A stretch of 64,000 nt of DNA from NCBI GenBank assembly GCA_963816355.1, contig CAWFKH010000006.1, positions 192,001-256,000 of the forward strand, in the 5' to 3' direction. Origin of the DNA: an uncultured Gemmatimonadales bacterium (GTDB lineage: Bacteria; Gemmatimonadota; Gemmatimonadetes; Longimicrobiales; RSA9). The notes beneath the pieces were generated by a model. That model saw nothing but the letters and a program-made list of their open reading frames with translations, did no database searches and had not been told where the DNA came from. Made by a program: the position numbers and the translations under genes. This document shows positions 29,895 through 40,417 of the stretch, in pieces. The number at the start of each line of letters is the position of its first letter. The stretch's first letter is position 1.

Positions 29895-30803
29895 TCAGCC
29901 CTTGACGCCGCCGGCGGTGAGGCCTTCGACGATGCGGCGCTGCAGCGCGAGGACGAGCAGGCCGATCGGCAGCGTCGCGACGACGGCGGCGGCGAGGACG
30001 TCGCCCCACGGGAGCTGGTAGTGGCCGCGGAAGAGGGCGATGGCGACGGGGACGGTGTAGCGCTCGGGGCCGAGGGTGAAGGAGAGGGCGAAAAGGAACT
30101 CGTTCCAGCAGTAGAGGAAGGTGAGGATGGCGGTGGTGGCGAGGGCGGGCAGGGCGAGGGGGGCGACGACGTGGCGGAAGGCGCGGAGGCGGGAGGCGCC
30201 GTCGACGCGGGCGGCGTCTTCGAGGTCGGTCGGGATCTGGCGGAAGAAGCCGACGAGGAGCCACACGGCGAGGGGTGTGGCGAAGGTGAGGTAGGGGAGG
30301 ACGAGGCCGGGGTAGGTGTCGATGAGGCCGAGGGAGCGCAGGAGGAGGTAGAGCGGCGGCACGATGGAGATCTGCGGGAACATCGCGACGGCGAGGATGA
30401 AGGCTAGGATCGGCGCCTTGCCGCGGAATCGGAGGCGTGCGATCGCGTAGGCGGCGAAAGCGCCGAGGAGCACGGCGAGGATCGTGGTGGCGCCGGCGAC
30501 GACGACGGAGTTGCGGAGCGGCACGAGGAAGTCGCGCTGTTCGAAGAGGGTGCGGTAGTGCTGCAGCCCGACGTGGGCGGGAATCAGCGACGGGTGGCTG
30601 AAGAGGGCGCTCTCGGGCGCCAGTGAGGAGACGGCGGCCCAGTAGATCGGGAAGGCGAACGCGGCGAGGAGGAGGGCGAAGGCTACGCGGGCGGTGTAGC
30701 GGAAGGCGACGTCGCCGGCGCGGGGTCGTGCGGCCACGCGGCCCTCGCCGCGCGGCGAGGGCTCGGGGGCGGCGGATGCGGCGGGCGTCGTCGTCGCTCT
30801 CAC
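29895..30803 (-). CDS. Carbohydrate ABC transporter permease (MalG/SugB type)
   Basis: NSVVVA, AAYAIARLRF, EAA loop LEDAARVDGAS, WNEFLFAL. Confidence 0.92.
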   Translation of the reverse strand: MRATTTPAASAAPEPSPRGEGRVAARPRAGDVAFRYTARVAFALLLAAFAFPIYWAAVSSLAPESALFSHPSLIPAHVGLQHYRTLFEQRDFLVPLRNSVVVAGATTILAVLLGAFAAYAIARLRFRGKAPILAFILAVAMFPQISIVPPLYLLLRSLGLIDTYPGLVLPYLTFATPLAVWLLVGFFRQIPTDLEDAARVDGASRLRAFRHVVAPLALPALATTAILTFLYCWNEFLFALSFTLGPERYTVPVAIALFRGHYQLPWGDVLAAAVVATLPIGLLVLALQRRIVEGLTAGGVKG

Positions 30804-31708
30804 GGCGCATCCTCCGGCGCGGTGAGGCCGCCGCCGAGCGCGCGCACGTAGAGCAGCGCGAGGGCGAAGGCGAGGAGGAAGACGAGCATGGAGAGGGCGG
30901 AGCCGTAGCCGAAGCGGAGGTCCTGGAGCAGCGCCTGAAAGGTGTAGAGGGCGACGGGCTCGGTGGCGGTGCCGGGCCCGCCGCCGGTGAGCACGTAGAC
31001 GAGGTCGAAGACGCGGAACGCGTCGAGGGTGCGGAAGAGCAGGGCGACGAGGATCGCCGGGCGGAGCAGGGGCAGCGTGATGCGGGTGAGGCGCTGGACA
31101 CGTGAGGCGCCGTCGATGCGTGCGGCCTCGTGCAGGCGCGGGTCGATCGCCTGCAGTCCGGCGAGGAGGATCAGCGCGACGAAGGGCGTGGTCTTCCAGA
31201 CGTCGGCGAGGATGATGGGCACCCAGGCGCCGCGGGGGTCGACGAGCCACGCCAGCGGCCGCGCCAGCACGCCGGTGGAGACGAGGGCCGCGTTGGCGAT
31301 CGCGCCGTCGCCGTCGAACATGAAGCGCCACACGAGCGCGGACACGACGGTGGGGACGGCCCACGGCAGGAGCACGGCGGCGCGCACGGCGCCGCGGCCG
31401 CGGAAGGCGCGGTGGAGCGCGAGGGCGAAGAGCAGGCCGAGGAGCAGCTCGAGTGCGACCGACGTGGCGGCAAAGAAGGCGGTGTGGCCGAGGGCGCTCC
31501 ACAGGCGCGGCTCGGAGAGCGCCTCGCGGTAGTTGGCGAGGCCGATGAAGGGGCGGCCGCGCCACGGCATGCGCAGGTCGTGCAGGTGGAGCGACTCCCA
31601 CGCGGTCCAGAGGAGGGGGAAGATCGCGACGACGACGATGACGACGAGCGCCGGCGCCACCAGCGAGCGGGCGAGCCTCGCCTCGCGCCGCGCCGCGGGC
31701 GACCTCAC
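30800..31708 (-). CDS. Carbohydrate ABC transporter permease (MalF/SugA type)
   Basis: FIGLANY, LLPWAVP, DVWKTTPF, EAARIDGAS, FDLVYVLTGGGPG. GTGA overlaps on both sides. Confidence 0.92.
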   Translation of the reverse strand: MRSPAARREARLARSLVAPALVVIVVVAIFPLLWTAWESLHLHDLRMPWRGRPFIGLANYREALSEPRLWSALGHTAFFAATSVALELLLGLLFALALHRAFRGRGAVRAAVLLPWAVPTVVSALVWRFMFDGDGAIANAALVSTGVLARPLAWLVDPRGAWVPIILADVWKTTPFVALILLAGLQAIDPRLHEAARIDGASRVQRLTRITLPLLRPAILVALLFRTLDAFRVFDLVYVLTGGGPGTATEPVALYTFQALLQDLRFGYGSALSMLVFLLAFALALLYVRALGGGLTAPEDAP

Positions 31709-33045
31709 CGGGTCTCCTCCGGCGCGGCCGGCTCGCCGCTCCCCGCGGCCGGCGCGACGTTCGGCGTGGACGAGCGTGCCGCCGCCCCTGGTGCGAGGCC
31801 GACGCGACGCAGCAGCGAGCGCATCTCTCGCGCCGCGGCGTGAAGCGCGGCGGCCGGCTCGACCTGGCGCGTGAGGGCGCGGTGCAGCCACACCTGCAGG
31901 ATCTCCGACAGCTCGGTGTAGACGGGCGTGACGGGGCGGGGCACGGCGCGGCGGATGATCTCCAGGGCCTGGTGCGCCGGCATAGGCAGGGCGCGGGAGA
32001 GGGCGTCGGTGGCGTAGAGGGCGGGGCGCGTGGGGTACTGCCCCACGACGCGCGCGCGCTCGATCATCTGGCGGGGCGCGGTGAGGAATGCGATGAGCGC
32101 GTAGGCCTCGCGCGGATGTCGGCTGCGGGCGTTGATGGCGAGCTGAGAGCCGCCGAGCGCGGCGGCGGAGCGGCCGCCGGGCGCCGCGGGCATCGGGGCG
32201 GCGGCGAAGCGTCCGGCGACGGCGGACGCGCTGTCGCGGAGGAGCGCGTAGGCATAGGGCCAGTTGCGCATGAAGGCGGCGTCGCCCGCCTGGAAGGCGA
32301 GGCGCGTCTGCTCCTCGTGCCAGGCGAGCACCGCCCGCGGAGAGATGGAGTCGAGATGGATCGCGTCGCGGAGCCAGGTGAGGGCGCGGATGCCGGCGTC
32401 GGAATCGACGACGACGCGGCCGTCGTCGTCGAGGATGCGGCCGCCGAAGCCGGCGAGGTGCTCGAGGAAGACGGTGGTGAGGCCTTCGTAGCGCGCGCCC
32501 TGCCAGACGTAGCCGTAGCGCACGCCGCGGCGGCGGGCGGAATCGGCGTCGGCCACGAGCTCCGTGAAGGTGGGCGGCGGTCGGCTCATGAGGTCGGTGC
32601 GCCAGTAGAGCATGCCGACATCGACGAACCAGGGGAGGGCGTACGTGGAGTCGCGCCAGCGCGCGGCGCTCAGTGTGGCGGCGAAGAAGCTGTCGGCGGG
32701 CGGCGCGAAGCGGTCGAGCGGGAGGATCCAGCCGGCGGCGGCGAACTCCGGCGTCCACACGACGTCGAGCTGGAGCACGTCCGGCTCGTCGGCGTGCGCG
32801 TTGAGCCACTGGACGTAGAGCTGGTGGCGCGGGTCGGCGGCGTCGGGCGTGGAGCGGATCTCGACGCGGATGCCGGGATGGAGGGAATCGAAGCGGGCGA
32901 TCTGCGAGCGCAGCAGCTGCGCTTCCCGGCCCACCCCGCTGCCGGACACGTGGAGGACGACGCCGCGGCCGCCGTCGCCCGGGGCGCCGCACGCCGCGAG
33001 GGCCGCGGCGAGCGCGGCGACGGCGACGGCGGCGGCGGTTCGCAT
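31705..33045 (-). CDS. Sugar ABC substrate-binding lipoprotein (trehalose/maltose-binding type)
   Basis: Lipobox [45 protein letters not shown]. Confidence 0.88.
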   Translation of the reverse strand: MRTAAAVAVAALAAALAACGAPGDGGRGVVLHVSGSGVGREAQLLRSQIARFDSLHPGIRVEIRSTPDAADPRHQLYVQWLNAHADEPDVLQLDVVWTPEFAAAGWILPLDRFAPPADSFFAATLSAARWRDSTYALPWFVDVGMLYWRTDLMSRPPPTFTELVADADSARRRGVRYGYVWQGARYEGLTTVFLEHLAGFGGRILDDDGRVVVDSDAGIRALTWLRDAIHLDSISPRAVLAWHEEQTRLAFQAGDAAFMRNWPYAYALLRDSASAVAGRFAAAPMPAAPGGRSAAALGGSQLAINARSRHPREAYALIAFLTAPRQMIERARVVGQYPTRPALYATDALSRALPMPAHQALEIIRRAVPRPVTPVYTELSEILQVWLHRALTRQVEPAAALHAAAREMRSLLRRVGLAPGAAARSSTPNVAPAAGSGEPAAPEETR

Positions 33046-33128
33046 GCGCGAGTCTCCGGCGGCGAGTGAAAGGAAGCGGCGGCGCGGGATGGATACCACG
33101 CCTCGGAGGTGTGCGCAAAAGCAACGCC

Positions 33129-33154
33129 GGAACAAACATCGGCGGACATCGTAT
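33129..33154 (+). promoter_or_regulatory. Candidate ECF-type promoter of ftsH (GGAAC-N16-CGTAT)
   Basis: ggaac aaacatcggcggacat cgtat, ~43 nt upstream of ATG 33198. Confidence 0.4.
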
Positions 33155-33197
33155 CAGCCCTCCACGTGCCCACCTCCTCCAGCACCGTAGCATCGTG

Positions 33198-35030
33198 ATG
33201 TCGCGACATTTCCAGGGTTCGGGCGCCGCGCGCCTCGTCCGCCGGACGATCGCCTCTCTGGCGCTGCTCACCCCGCTGCTGCTCGCCGCGTGCGGCGGCG
33301 AGCGCGAATCGATTCCCTACAGCGAACTGAAGGCGCACATCGCCGCGGGCGACGTCGCGAGCGTGCGCGTGTCGCCGGGCGCGATCGTGGCGGAGCCGAC
33401 GGCGGCCGCACGCAAGTCGGGTGCGCCCGCCGCGTGGGACGCGGTGCCGCTGCAGGAGGACGCCGGCCTGGTGACGCTGCTCGACGCGCACCACGTCGTC
33501 TATCAGGGCGGCTCCGACCGTCCGGGTCCACTCGTCGCCATCCCGATCCTGCTCGGCGCGCTCACGATCGTCTTCGGCGTCGGCTATCTCCAGCGGCGCA
33601 ACGCGACGGCGGGGTTGCACGGCGTGGCGCGGCTGCGGGTGCGGAACGCGGGGGCGGGCCACGCGCCGGGCGACCGTTTCGAGGACGTCGCCGGTGCCGA
33701 CGAGGTGAAGGAGGAGCTGGAGGAGCTGGTCGCGTTCCTGAAGCGGCCGGAGCGGTTCCGCCGGCTGGGGGTGCACGTACCGAAGGGCGTCCTCCTGGTG
33801 GGGCCGCCCGGTACCGGCAAGACGCTGCTGGCGCGTGCGGTGGCGGGCGAGGCGGGCGTGCCGTTCTTCTCGATGAGCGGCTCCGCGTTCGTCGAGGTGT
33901 ACGTGGGCGTGGGCGCGGCGCGCGTGCGCAAGCTGTTCCATACGGCACGCGGCAAGGCGCCGTGCATCGTCTTCATCGACGAGCTCGACGCGATCGGCAA
34001 GAGCCGCGCGGGCGGACCCGCGGCGAACGACGAGCGCGAGCAGGCGCTCAACCAGCTCCTCGTCTCGATGGACGGCTTCGAGGCGTCCGCGGGCGTGATC
34101 GTCATGGCGGCGACGAACCGCCCCGAGATCCTCGATCCGGCGCTGCTGCGGCCGGGGCGCTTCGACCGCCAGGTCGCGCTCGGTCGCCCCGACGCGGCGG
34201 GCCGCGAGGCGATCCTGCGGGTGCACGGCCGCCGCATCCGCGTCGGTGCGGAGGTCGATTTCGGCGACATCGCCGGGCGCACGGCCGGCTTTACCGGCGC
34301 CGACCTGGCCAACGTCCTGAACGAGGCGGGCCTCGTCGCCGCCCGCCGCGACGGGCACGAGATCGGAATGGCGGACATCGACGCCGCCATCGACCGCGTC
34401 GTCGCGGGCATCGAGAAGAAGAGCCGCCTGCTGAATCCGAAGGAGCGGCGGATCGTAGCCTACCACGAGGCGGGCCACGCGATCGTGGGCTGCGCGTCGG
34501 AGCAGGGCGAGGCGGTCAAGAAGGTCTCGATCGTGCCACGCGGGCTGGCGGCGCTCGGCTACACGCAGCACGTGCCGGAAGACCGCAACCTGCTGCAGCT
34601 CGACGAGCTGCACCATCGTCTGGACGTGCTGCTGGGCGGGCGCGCCGCCGAGCTCGTCGCGTTCGGCAAGGTGTCGACCGGCGCGATGAACGACCTGGAG
34701 CGCGCGAGCGATCTGGCGCGGCGGATGGTCACGGAGTTCGGCATGTCGGACGCGCTCGGCCCGGTTGCATACGCGACGCAGGGCTCGCCGCTCCTGGGCG
34801 GCAAGGCGGAGCGCGACTGCAGCGACGACACGTCGAGGCGGATCGATGCGGAGGTGCAGCGGCTCGTCTCGGACGCGTTCGAGCGTTCGTGCCGGCTGCT
34901 GCAGGAGCGGCGCGATCTGCTCGAGCGCGTCGCCACGCAGCTTCTCGAGGTGGAGACGATCGACGGTGCGCAGCTCCGCGCGCTGGTCGCGGAGGACGAG
35001 GCGCTGCGCCGGCTGGCGGTCGAGGCGTAG
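33198..35030 (+). CDS. ftsH: ATP-dependent zinc metalloprotease FtsH paralogue
   Basis: [14 protein letters not shown], pore loop [48 protein letters not shown]. Confidence 0.95.
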   Translation: MSRHFQGSGAARLVRRTIASLALLTPLLLAACGGERESIPYSELKAHIAAGDVASVRVSPGAIVAEPTAAARKSGAPAAWDAVPLQEDAGLVTLLDAHHVVYQGGSDRPGPLVAIPILLGALTIVFGVGYLQRRNATAGLHGVARLRVRNAGAGHAPGDRFEDVAGADEVKEELEELVAFLKRPERFRRLGVHVPKGVLLVGPPGTGKTLLARAVAGEAGVPFFSMSGSAFVEVYVGVGAARVRKLFHTARGKAPCIVFIDELDAIGKSRAGGPAANDEREQALNQLLVSMDGFEASAGVIVMAATNRPEILDPALLRPGRFDRQVALGRPDAAGREAILRVHGRRIRVGAEVDFGDIAGRTAGFTGADLANVLNEAGLVAARRDGHEIGMADIDAAIDRVVAGIEKKSRLLNPKERRIVAYHEAGHAIVGCASEQGEAVKKVSIVPRGLAALGYTQHVPEDRNLLQLDELHHRLDVLLGGRAAELVAFGKVSTGAMNDLERASDLARRMVTEFGMSDALGPVAYATQGSPLLGGKAERDCSDDTSRRIDAEVQRLVSDAFERSCRLLQERRDLLERVATQLLEVETIDGAQLRALVAEDEALRRLAVEA

Positions 35031-35066
35031 CGCACCCGCCCGCCGCGCGGTGGTCGGCGCAGGCGC

Positions 35067-35141
35067 GTGGCCTTCAGCGCAGCCAGTGGCCCTCAGCGCA
35101 GCCAGTGGCCCTCAGCGCAGCGGTGGTGCTCAGCGCAGGCG
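35067..35141. repeat. 19-bp tandem repeat, about 4 copies
   Basis: gtggccYtcagcgcagcca units at 35067, 35086, 35105 and 35123; the last unit contains the ktrA stop codon. Confidence 0.85.
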
Positions 35142-35786
35142 GGTGACCTTCGTGAGGTGCTCCTCGGCGCCGGCGACGAGGAGCGTGTCCGACTCCTTGA
35201 GGACGGCGTCCGGGTCCGGGATCGGGAGCATCTCGTCCGTGAGCACGTCGTGCACCGCGATGATGGAGATCTTGTACGCCTTGGGTAGCTGCAGCTCGCG
35301 CAGCGAGAGACCGATCCACTCGTCCGGCACCGCCATCTCCTGGATGCTGAATCCCTGGCCGAGGCGGTAGTAGTTGAGGATCGCCTGGTTCGAGATCCGC
35401 TTCCCCAGCCGCAGGGCCGACTCCCGCTCCGGGAAGATCGTCTCCGTCACGCCCAGCCGCTCCATCACGCGGGCGTGGTCGCGAGAGATCACCTTCACGT
35501 AGATGTCGTCGACGCCGATGTCGCGCAGCGCGAGCGTCGTCAGCACGCTGGCGGTGATGTCGTCGCCGGTGCTCACGACGCCGGTGTCGGCATCGGCGGC
35601 GCCGAGCCGCTCGAGCGCGCGCAGGTCGCGCCCGTCGCCGACGGCCGCGCGCGTGACGTAGGGCGCGATGCGGTCGACCAGGTCCGCCCTGATGTCGAGC
35701 GCGATCACTTCCTGACCATCGGCGTAGAGCGCTTCGGCGACGCCGGAGCCGAAGTTGCCGAGTCCCACGATGATGAAGCGTTTCAT
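35130..35786 (-). CDS. ktrA: TrkA/KtrA family K+ uptake RCK subunit
   Basis: IVGLGNFG Rossmann motif, IFPERE, C-terminal TrkA-C (GLSLRELQL, PDPDAVL). Confidence 0.9.
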   Translation of the reverse strand: MKRFIIVGLGNFGSGVAEALYADGQEVIALDIRADLVDRIAPYVTRAAVGDGRDLRALERLGAADADTGVVSTGDDITASVLTTLALRDIGVDDIYVKVISRDHARVMERLGVTETIFPERESALRLGKRISNQAILNYYRLGQGFSIQEMAVPDEWIGLSLRELQLPKAYKISIIAVHDVLTDEMLPIPDPDAVLKESDTLLVAGAEEHLTKVTRLR

Positions 35787-35796
35787 CCTCGCCCTC

Positions 35797-37254
35797 TCAT
35801 CCGATGACGACGTCTTCATAGGCGTAGCGGAACTCGCCGGCCGGGGTCGGCTCGGCGAGCGCGATCGCGGCGGCGAAGGTGAGCGGACCCACGCGGCCGA
35901 GGTACATCAGCAGGATCGAGATCCAGCGGCCCCAGGACGACAGGTCCACCGTCGCGCCCATCGAGAGGCCGACGGTGTTGAACGCGCTGGCCGCCTCGAA
36001 CATGTAGGCGAGGAAGCCGTGCCGCGAGACGGGCGGCAGCGACGCCTCCAGGCTGACGTAGCCGAAGATCGCCGCCGTGATGAGCCCGAACGCGACGACG
36101 AAGAGCCCGATCGAGCGCTGGATCGTCTCTTCGGGGATCGTGCGGCCCCACACGCTCGTGTACTCGCGGCCGCGCAGGCGAGCGTAGGCGAGGAGGATGA
36201 TCAGGCCGAACGTCGTCGTCTTGACGCCGCCCGCCGTGGAGCCGGGCGAGCCGCCGATGAACATGAGCAGGATCGTGAGGAAGTTCGTGCTGTCGGCGGC
36301 CTTCGAGTAGTCGATCGTGTTGAAGCCGGCGGTCCGGGGCGTGACGCTCATGAAGAGGCCGTTGAGCAGCTTGGCCCAGATCGGCATGCCGTCGAGCGCG
36401 CCGTGCCACTCGAAGAGGCAGCAGAGGACCCATCCGAGCGCGATGAGCGCGCCGGTCGTGACGAGCACCAGGCGCGAGTGCAGCGAGACGCGGGGGTGGC
36501 GGCCGGCGCCCCGCGACTTGCGCCACAGGTAGATCTCCTCGAGCGTCAGGAAGCCGAGGCCGCCGAGCACGATCAGGGCCATGGTGGTCGTCAGCCCGAT
36601 CGGGTCCGTCTGGAATCCGACGAGGGAGTCGGAGAACGTGGAGAAGCCGGCGTTGCAGAAGGCGCTGACGGACTGGAAGATGGCGTGCCACACCGCGCGG
36701 CCGGGCGGAAAGCGGGGGAACCAGGAGAGGAGCAGGAGCGCCGCCCCGATCAGCTCGAGCAGGAAGGTGAAGCGGATCACGTGCTTCGCCAGCGAGCGGT
36801 AGTCGACGTGCGGCGCCACCTCCGCCTGTCCCGCGGTGAGCGTCTCGTGGCGCACCGAGAGGCGGCGGCCGAGGGCGATGATGATCACCGTCGTGAAGGT
36901 GATGATGCCGAGTCCACCGAGCTGGACCAGCAGGAGAATCACCGCCTGGCCGGCGGTCGTGAAGTAGGTGGCGGTGTCGACGACGATCAGCCCGGTCACG
37001 CACACGGCGCTCGTCGCCGTGAAGAGCGCGTCCAGCCAGCTCAGGCCGGGGCCGGTGTAGAGCCCCGGCAGCAGCTCGAGCGCGAGCGTGCCCGCCAGGA
37101 TCAGCAGCGCGAAGGAGAGCACGAAGAGCTGCGGCGGCTTGAGGCGGCGCACGAAGCTACGGCGGACCCGGATCGTGACGTCCCACGTTCCGAGCAGGCC
37201 GCGCCCCTCCGGCGTCGCGCCTTTCCCGCGGCGTGCTGTGCGTCGTGATGCCAT
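35797..37254 (-). CDS. ktrB: TrkH/KtrB family K+ uptake membrane subunit
   Basis: Four pore-loop glycines: SAVCVTGL, SAFCNAGF, TPRTAGF, SAFNTVGLS; also IGGSPGSTAGGVK and MYLGRVG. Confidence 0.92.
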   Translation of the reverse strand: MASRRTARRGKGATPEGRGLLGTWDVTIRVRRSFVRRLKPPQLFVLSFALLILAGTLALELLPGLYTGPGLSWLDALFTATSAVCVTGLIVVDTATYFTTAGQAVILLLVQLGGLGIITFTTVIIIALGRRLSVRHETLTAGQAEVAPHVDYRSLAKHVIRFTFLLELIGAALLLLSWFPRFPPGRAVWHAIFQSVSAFCNAGFSTFSDSLVGFQTDPIGLTTTMALIVLGGLGFLTLEEIYLWRKSRGAGRHPRVSLHSRLVLVTTGALIALGWVLCCLFEWHGALDGMPIWAKLLNGLFMSVTPRTAGFNTIDYSKAADSTNFLTILLMFIGGSPGSTAGGVKTTTFGLIILLAYARLRGREYTSVWGRTIPEETIQRSIGLFVVAFGLITAAIFGYVSLEASLPPVSRHGFLAYMFEAASAFNTVGLSMGATVDLSSWGRWISILLMYLGRVGPLTFAAAIALAEPTPAGEFRYAYEDVVIG

Positions 37255-37458
37255 GCGAGCATTTCCCGAGGGCTGCGGATCCGTGCGGCTGGACGGCGTG
37301 AGCGTCCGCGCGGCTCGGCCGGCGTGAGCGCGGCTCGGCCGGCGTGAGCGCCGCCCGCCATCCTCCGCGCCGGAGCGACGGCACGCAAACATAAGCGTGC
37401 CCGGACGTGCGCGCGCCTGTGCCCTCACCGCCGCCGCCCCGGTCGGTGCATGGACCGG

Positions 37459-37498
37459 TTTACGCGGCGTCGGGCGGCGCGGTAACTTGTCGCGCATG
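37459..37498 (+). promoter_or_regulatory. Candidate sigma70 promoter giving a leaderless mRNA
   Basis: tttacg-N18-taactt-N7-ATG; no Shine-Dalgarno before ATG 37496. Confidence 0.4.
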
Positions 37499-38275
37499 GC
37501 ACACGTCCTCCTCATCCAACACGAGCCGTACGAGACGGCCGGCACGCTCGGCGACGTGCTCGTCGCGCGCGGCATCGGTCTACGCGCGGTCCGCGTCTTC
37601 GCGGGCGAGCCGGTACCGCGCTCGCTCGGCGCGGCGGCGGGCCTCGTCCTCATGGGCGGCTCGATGGGCGTCTACGAGAGCGAGCGCTTTCCGCACCTCA
37701 CGGACGAGGTGCGCCTGACCGAGCGCGTGCTCGCCGCCGGCGCCCCGATCCTCGGCATCTGCCTGGGGAGCCAGCTGCTGGCGAGCGCGCTCGGCGCCGA
37801 GGTGCGGCCGACCGGCCGCAAGGAGATCGGTTGGCATCCGGTGCGCTTCAGCGCGGCCGCGGCGGAGGACCCGCTGTGGCATGCGGCGCCGCGCGAGCTT
37901 CTGGCGCTCCACTGGCACGGGGACGCGTACGACCTCCCGCCGGGATCGGTCCACCTCGCTTCCTCCGCGGCCACGCCGGTGCAGGCGTACCGTTACGGCG
38001 ACGCCGCGTGGGGGACGCTCTTCCACCCCGAGGTCACGTCGGCGCTCGTAGCCGACATGGCGGCGGCGTTCGCGGGCGAGCTGCGCGAGGAAGGCCTCGA
38101 CGCCGGGCCACTTCGCTCCGACTCCGCGCGCTACTCCGCCGCGCTGCGCGACGCCGCGGCGCCCGCCTTCGGCGCGTGGGCGTCGCGCGTCCTCGCCGCG
38201 GCGGGGGAGGGGGAAGCCGAAGCGGGCGGGAGGGACGGCGCGGCGGGCGCCGCTCGCGGCGGCGGGCGCACGTGA
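37496..38275 (+). CDS. Type 1 glutamine amidotransferase-like protein
   Basis: LVLMGG, GICLGSQ (Cys nucleophile), HWHGD, FHPE. Confidence 0.9.
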   Translation: MAHVLLIQHEPYETAGTLGDVLVARGIGLRAVRVFAGEPVPRSLGAAAGLVLMGGSMGVYESERFPHLTDEVRLTERVLAAGAPILGICLGSQLLASALGAEVRPTGRKEIGWHPVRFSAAAAEDPLWHAAPRELLALHWHGDAYDLPPGSVHLASSAATPVQAYRYGDAAWGTLFHPEVTSALVADMAAAFAGELREEGLDAGPLRSDSARYSAALRDAAAPAFGAWASRVLAAAGEGEAEAGGRDGAAGAARGGGRT

Positions 38276-38291
38276 GCGGCGGCGGGCGCGC

Positions 38292-39239
38292 GTGAGCGGC
38301 GGGGCAGGGGGCTTCGAGCGCGTGCGCGCGATCGGCGACGGCGTCGCCTGCCTCGACCTCGAGTACCTCGGTCGCCCATGGTGGATCGCCACCGCGCTGC
38401 TGAGCGGCGCGGACGGGGCGGCGCTGATCGATCCGGGGCCCGCCTCGGCGCGCGCGGGACTCGACGCGGCGCTCGCCGCGGCGGGACTCTCGCTCGCGGA
38501 CGTGCGCGCCATCGTGCTCACCCACATCCACCTGGACCACGCCGGCGTGACGGGCTCGCTCGTGCGGGAGCAGCCCGGCCTGCGGGTGTTCGTGCACGAG
38601 CGGGGGGCGCCGCACGTCGCGGATCCGGCGCGGCTGCTGGCCAGCGCCAGGCGGATCTACGGCGACGCGATGGACCGGCTCTGGGGCGAGGTCGCGGCGG
38701 TGCCGGCGTCGTCGATCGTCGCGTTGAGGGGAGGTGAGCGGATCCGGCCGGCGGGGCGGCGTCTCGCCGTCGCGTACACGCCGGGCCACGCGTCCCACCA
38801 CGTCTCCTACCTCGACGAATCGGCCGGGCTCGCGTTCGTGGGCGACACGGCAGGCATCCGCATCGACGATGCGCCCTTCGTGCTGCCGGTCACGCCGCCG
38901 CCGGACATCGATCTCGAGTTGTGGGAGGAGAGCGTCGCGCGCATCCGGGCGTGGGGGGCGGACCGCCTCTTCGTCACGCACTTCGGCGCGGCCTCCGACG
39001 CGGAGTGGCACCTCGACTTCCACGCAGCGCGCCTGCACGCGGCCGCGGAGTGGGTGCGCGTGTCGCTGGCGGAGGACCGCAGCGACGCGGACCGGGCGAG
39101 CGCCTTCGCGGCGTGGATGCGCGCGGACCTGGAGCGTCGTCTCGCGCCGGATACCGCGGCGATCTACCAGGCGGGCGGTGCCCTCGAGGACGACTGGCGC
39201 GGCCTCGCGCGCTACTGGCGCCGCAGGGGCGCGGCTTGA
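38292..39239 (+). CDS. MBL-fold metallo-hydrolase
   Basis: LIDPG, THIHLDHAG, TPGHASHH, FVGD, THFG. Confidence 0.92.
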   Translation: MSGGAGGFERVRAIGDGVACLDLEYLGRPWWIATALLSGADGAALIDPGPASARAGLDAALAAAGLSLADVRAIVLTHIHLDHAGVTGSLVREQPGLRVFVHERGAPHVADPARLLASARRIYGDAMDRLWGEVAAVPASSIVALRGGERIRPAGRRLAVAYTPGHASHHVSYLDESAGLAFVGDTAGIRIDDAPFVLPVTPPPDIDLELWEESVARIRAWGADRLFVTHFGAASDAEWHLDFHAARLHAAAEWVRVSLAEDRSDADRASAFAAWMRADLERRLAPDTAAIYQAGGALEDDWRGLARYWRRRGAA

Positions 39240-40417
39240 CGGACGGCGACGCCGCTCCGCACGCGCCGGCGGCGGCGGCCGATCTCCGGGTCGACGCGCT
39301 CGTCCTGCGCGAGATCCGCCTGCCGCTGCGCGAGCCGTTCCGCATCTCGTCGGGTGAGGTGTGGGACCGGCGCATCCTGGTGGTCGAGGTGCGGCATGCG
39401 GACGGCGTGTCCGCCTGGTCGGAGTGCGTCGCGGGCGAGCGGCCGAACTACGGTCCGGAGACCATCGACACGGCGTGGCTCGCGATCCGTGAGTGGATCG
39501 CGCCGCGCGTCCTCGGGCGCACGTTCGCGGAGCCGGCGGAGGTCCACCCGGTGCTGGAGCGCGACTTCCGGGGCCACCTGATGGCGAAGGCGGCGGTGGA
39601 GATGGGCGTCTGGGATCTGGCCGCGCGGCTGCGCGGCGCGCCGCTGGCGCGCCTGCTGGGAGGGGAACGCGAGCGCGTGCCGGTGGGGATCTCGATCGGG
39701 ATCCAGGCGGATCCGGCCGCGCTCGTGCGGCGCGCCCGCGCCGCGCTCGAGTCGGGATACCGCAAGGTGAAGATGAAGATCGAACCGGGCGCGGACCTCG
39801 ATTTCCTGGCGGCGGTGCGCGACGCGCTGGGCCCGGAGGCGCCGTTGATGGCGGACGCGAATTCCGCCTACACGCTCGCCGACGCGGACCGGCTCGTGCG
39901 GCTCGACGCGCTCGCGCTGATGATGATCGAACAGCCGCTCGCGGGCACCGACCTGGTGCGGCACGCGGCCCTGCAGCGCCGGCTCGCGACGCCGATCTGC
40001 CTGGACGAGTCGATCGAGTCGCCGGCGGACGCCGAGGACATGATCGCCCTGGGCAGCGGCCGCGTCGTCAACATCAAGCCGGGCCGCGTGGGTGGCTTCG
40101 CGGCCGCGATCGCCGTCCACGACCTCTGCCGCGACCACGGCATCCCGGTCTGGTGCGGCGGCATGCTCGAGAGCGGGATCGGGCGGGCGCACAACGTCGC
40201 GCTCGCATCGCTGGCGAACTTCCGGCTGCCCGGCGACATCTCGCCCAGCGCGCGCTACTGGGAGCGCGACGTCGTGCTGCCGGAGTGGACGATGGAGGAT
40301 GGAATGATGCGGGTTCCGCTGGAGCGGGCCGGAATCGGCGTCGAAATCGACGTCGACCGCCTCGAAGACGTGACCGCCCGCGCGGAGACGCTTCTCGCTC
40401 CCCAGGCGCGGCCGTGA
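39236..40417 (+). CDS. menC: o-succinylbenzoate synthase / N-succinylamino acid racemase (enolase superfamily)
   Basis: KMK, DAN, EQP, DES, NIKPGRVGG, WCGGMLE, GDIS. TTG start overlaps the upstream stop. The symbol reflects the family only; no other men genes are nearby. Confidence 0.85.
   Translation: MTDGDAAPHAPAAAADLRVDALVLREIRLPLREPFRISSGEVWDRRILVVEVRHADGVSAWSECVAGERPNYGPETIDTAWLAIREWIAPRVLGRTFAEPAEVHPVLERDFRGHLMAKAAVEMGVWDLAARLRGAPLARLLGGERERVPVGISIGIQADPAALVRRARAALESGYRKVKMKIEPGADLDFLAAVRDALGPEAPLMADANSAYTLADADRLVRLDALALMMIEQPLAGTDLVRHAALQRRLATPICLDESIESPADAEDMIALGSGRVVNIKPGRVGGFAAAIAVHDLCRDHGIPVWCGGMLESGIGRAHNVALASLANFRLPGDISPSARYWERDVVLPEWTMEDGMMRVPLERAGIGVEIDVDRLEDVTARAETLLAPQARP

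Noticed and set aside
35067..35141. Short repeats as a possible CRISPR array (also 29094/29155 and 45887)
   Set aside because: The units are contiguous or only two copies, with no series of unique spacers and no cas genes.
37255..37495. c-di-AMP (ydaO) riboswitch upstream of ktrB
   Set aside because: I could not recognise the conserved motifs; only a 20-bp tandem repeat and a 6-bp stem gcacgc-N8-gcgtgc are visible. An Rfam scan would settle it.
39236..40417. Menaquinone biosynthesis cluster
   Set aside because: Only the OSBS/NSAR-like gene is present; no menB, menD, menE, menF or menH in the window.
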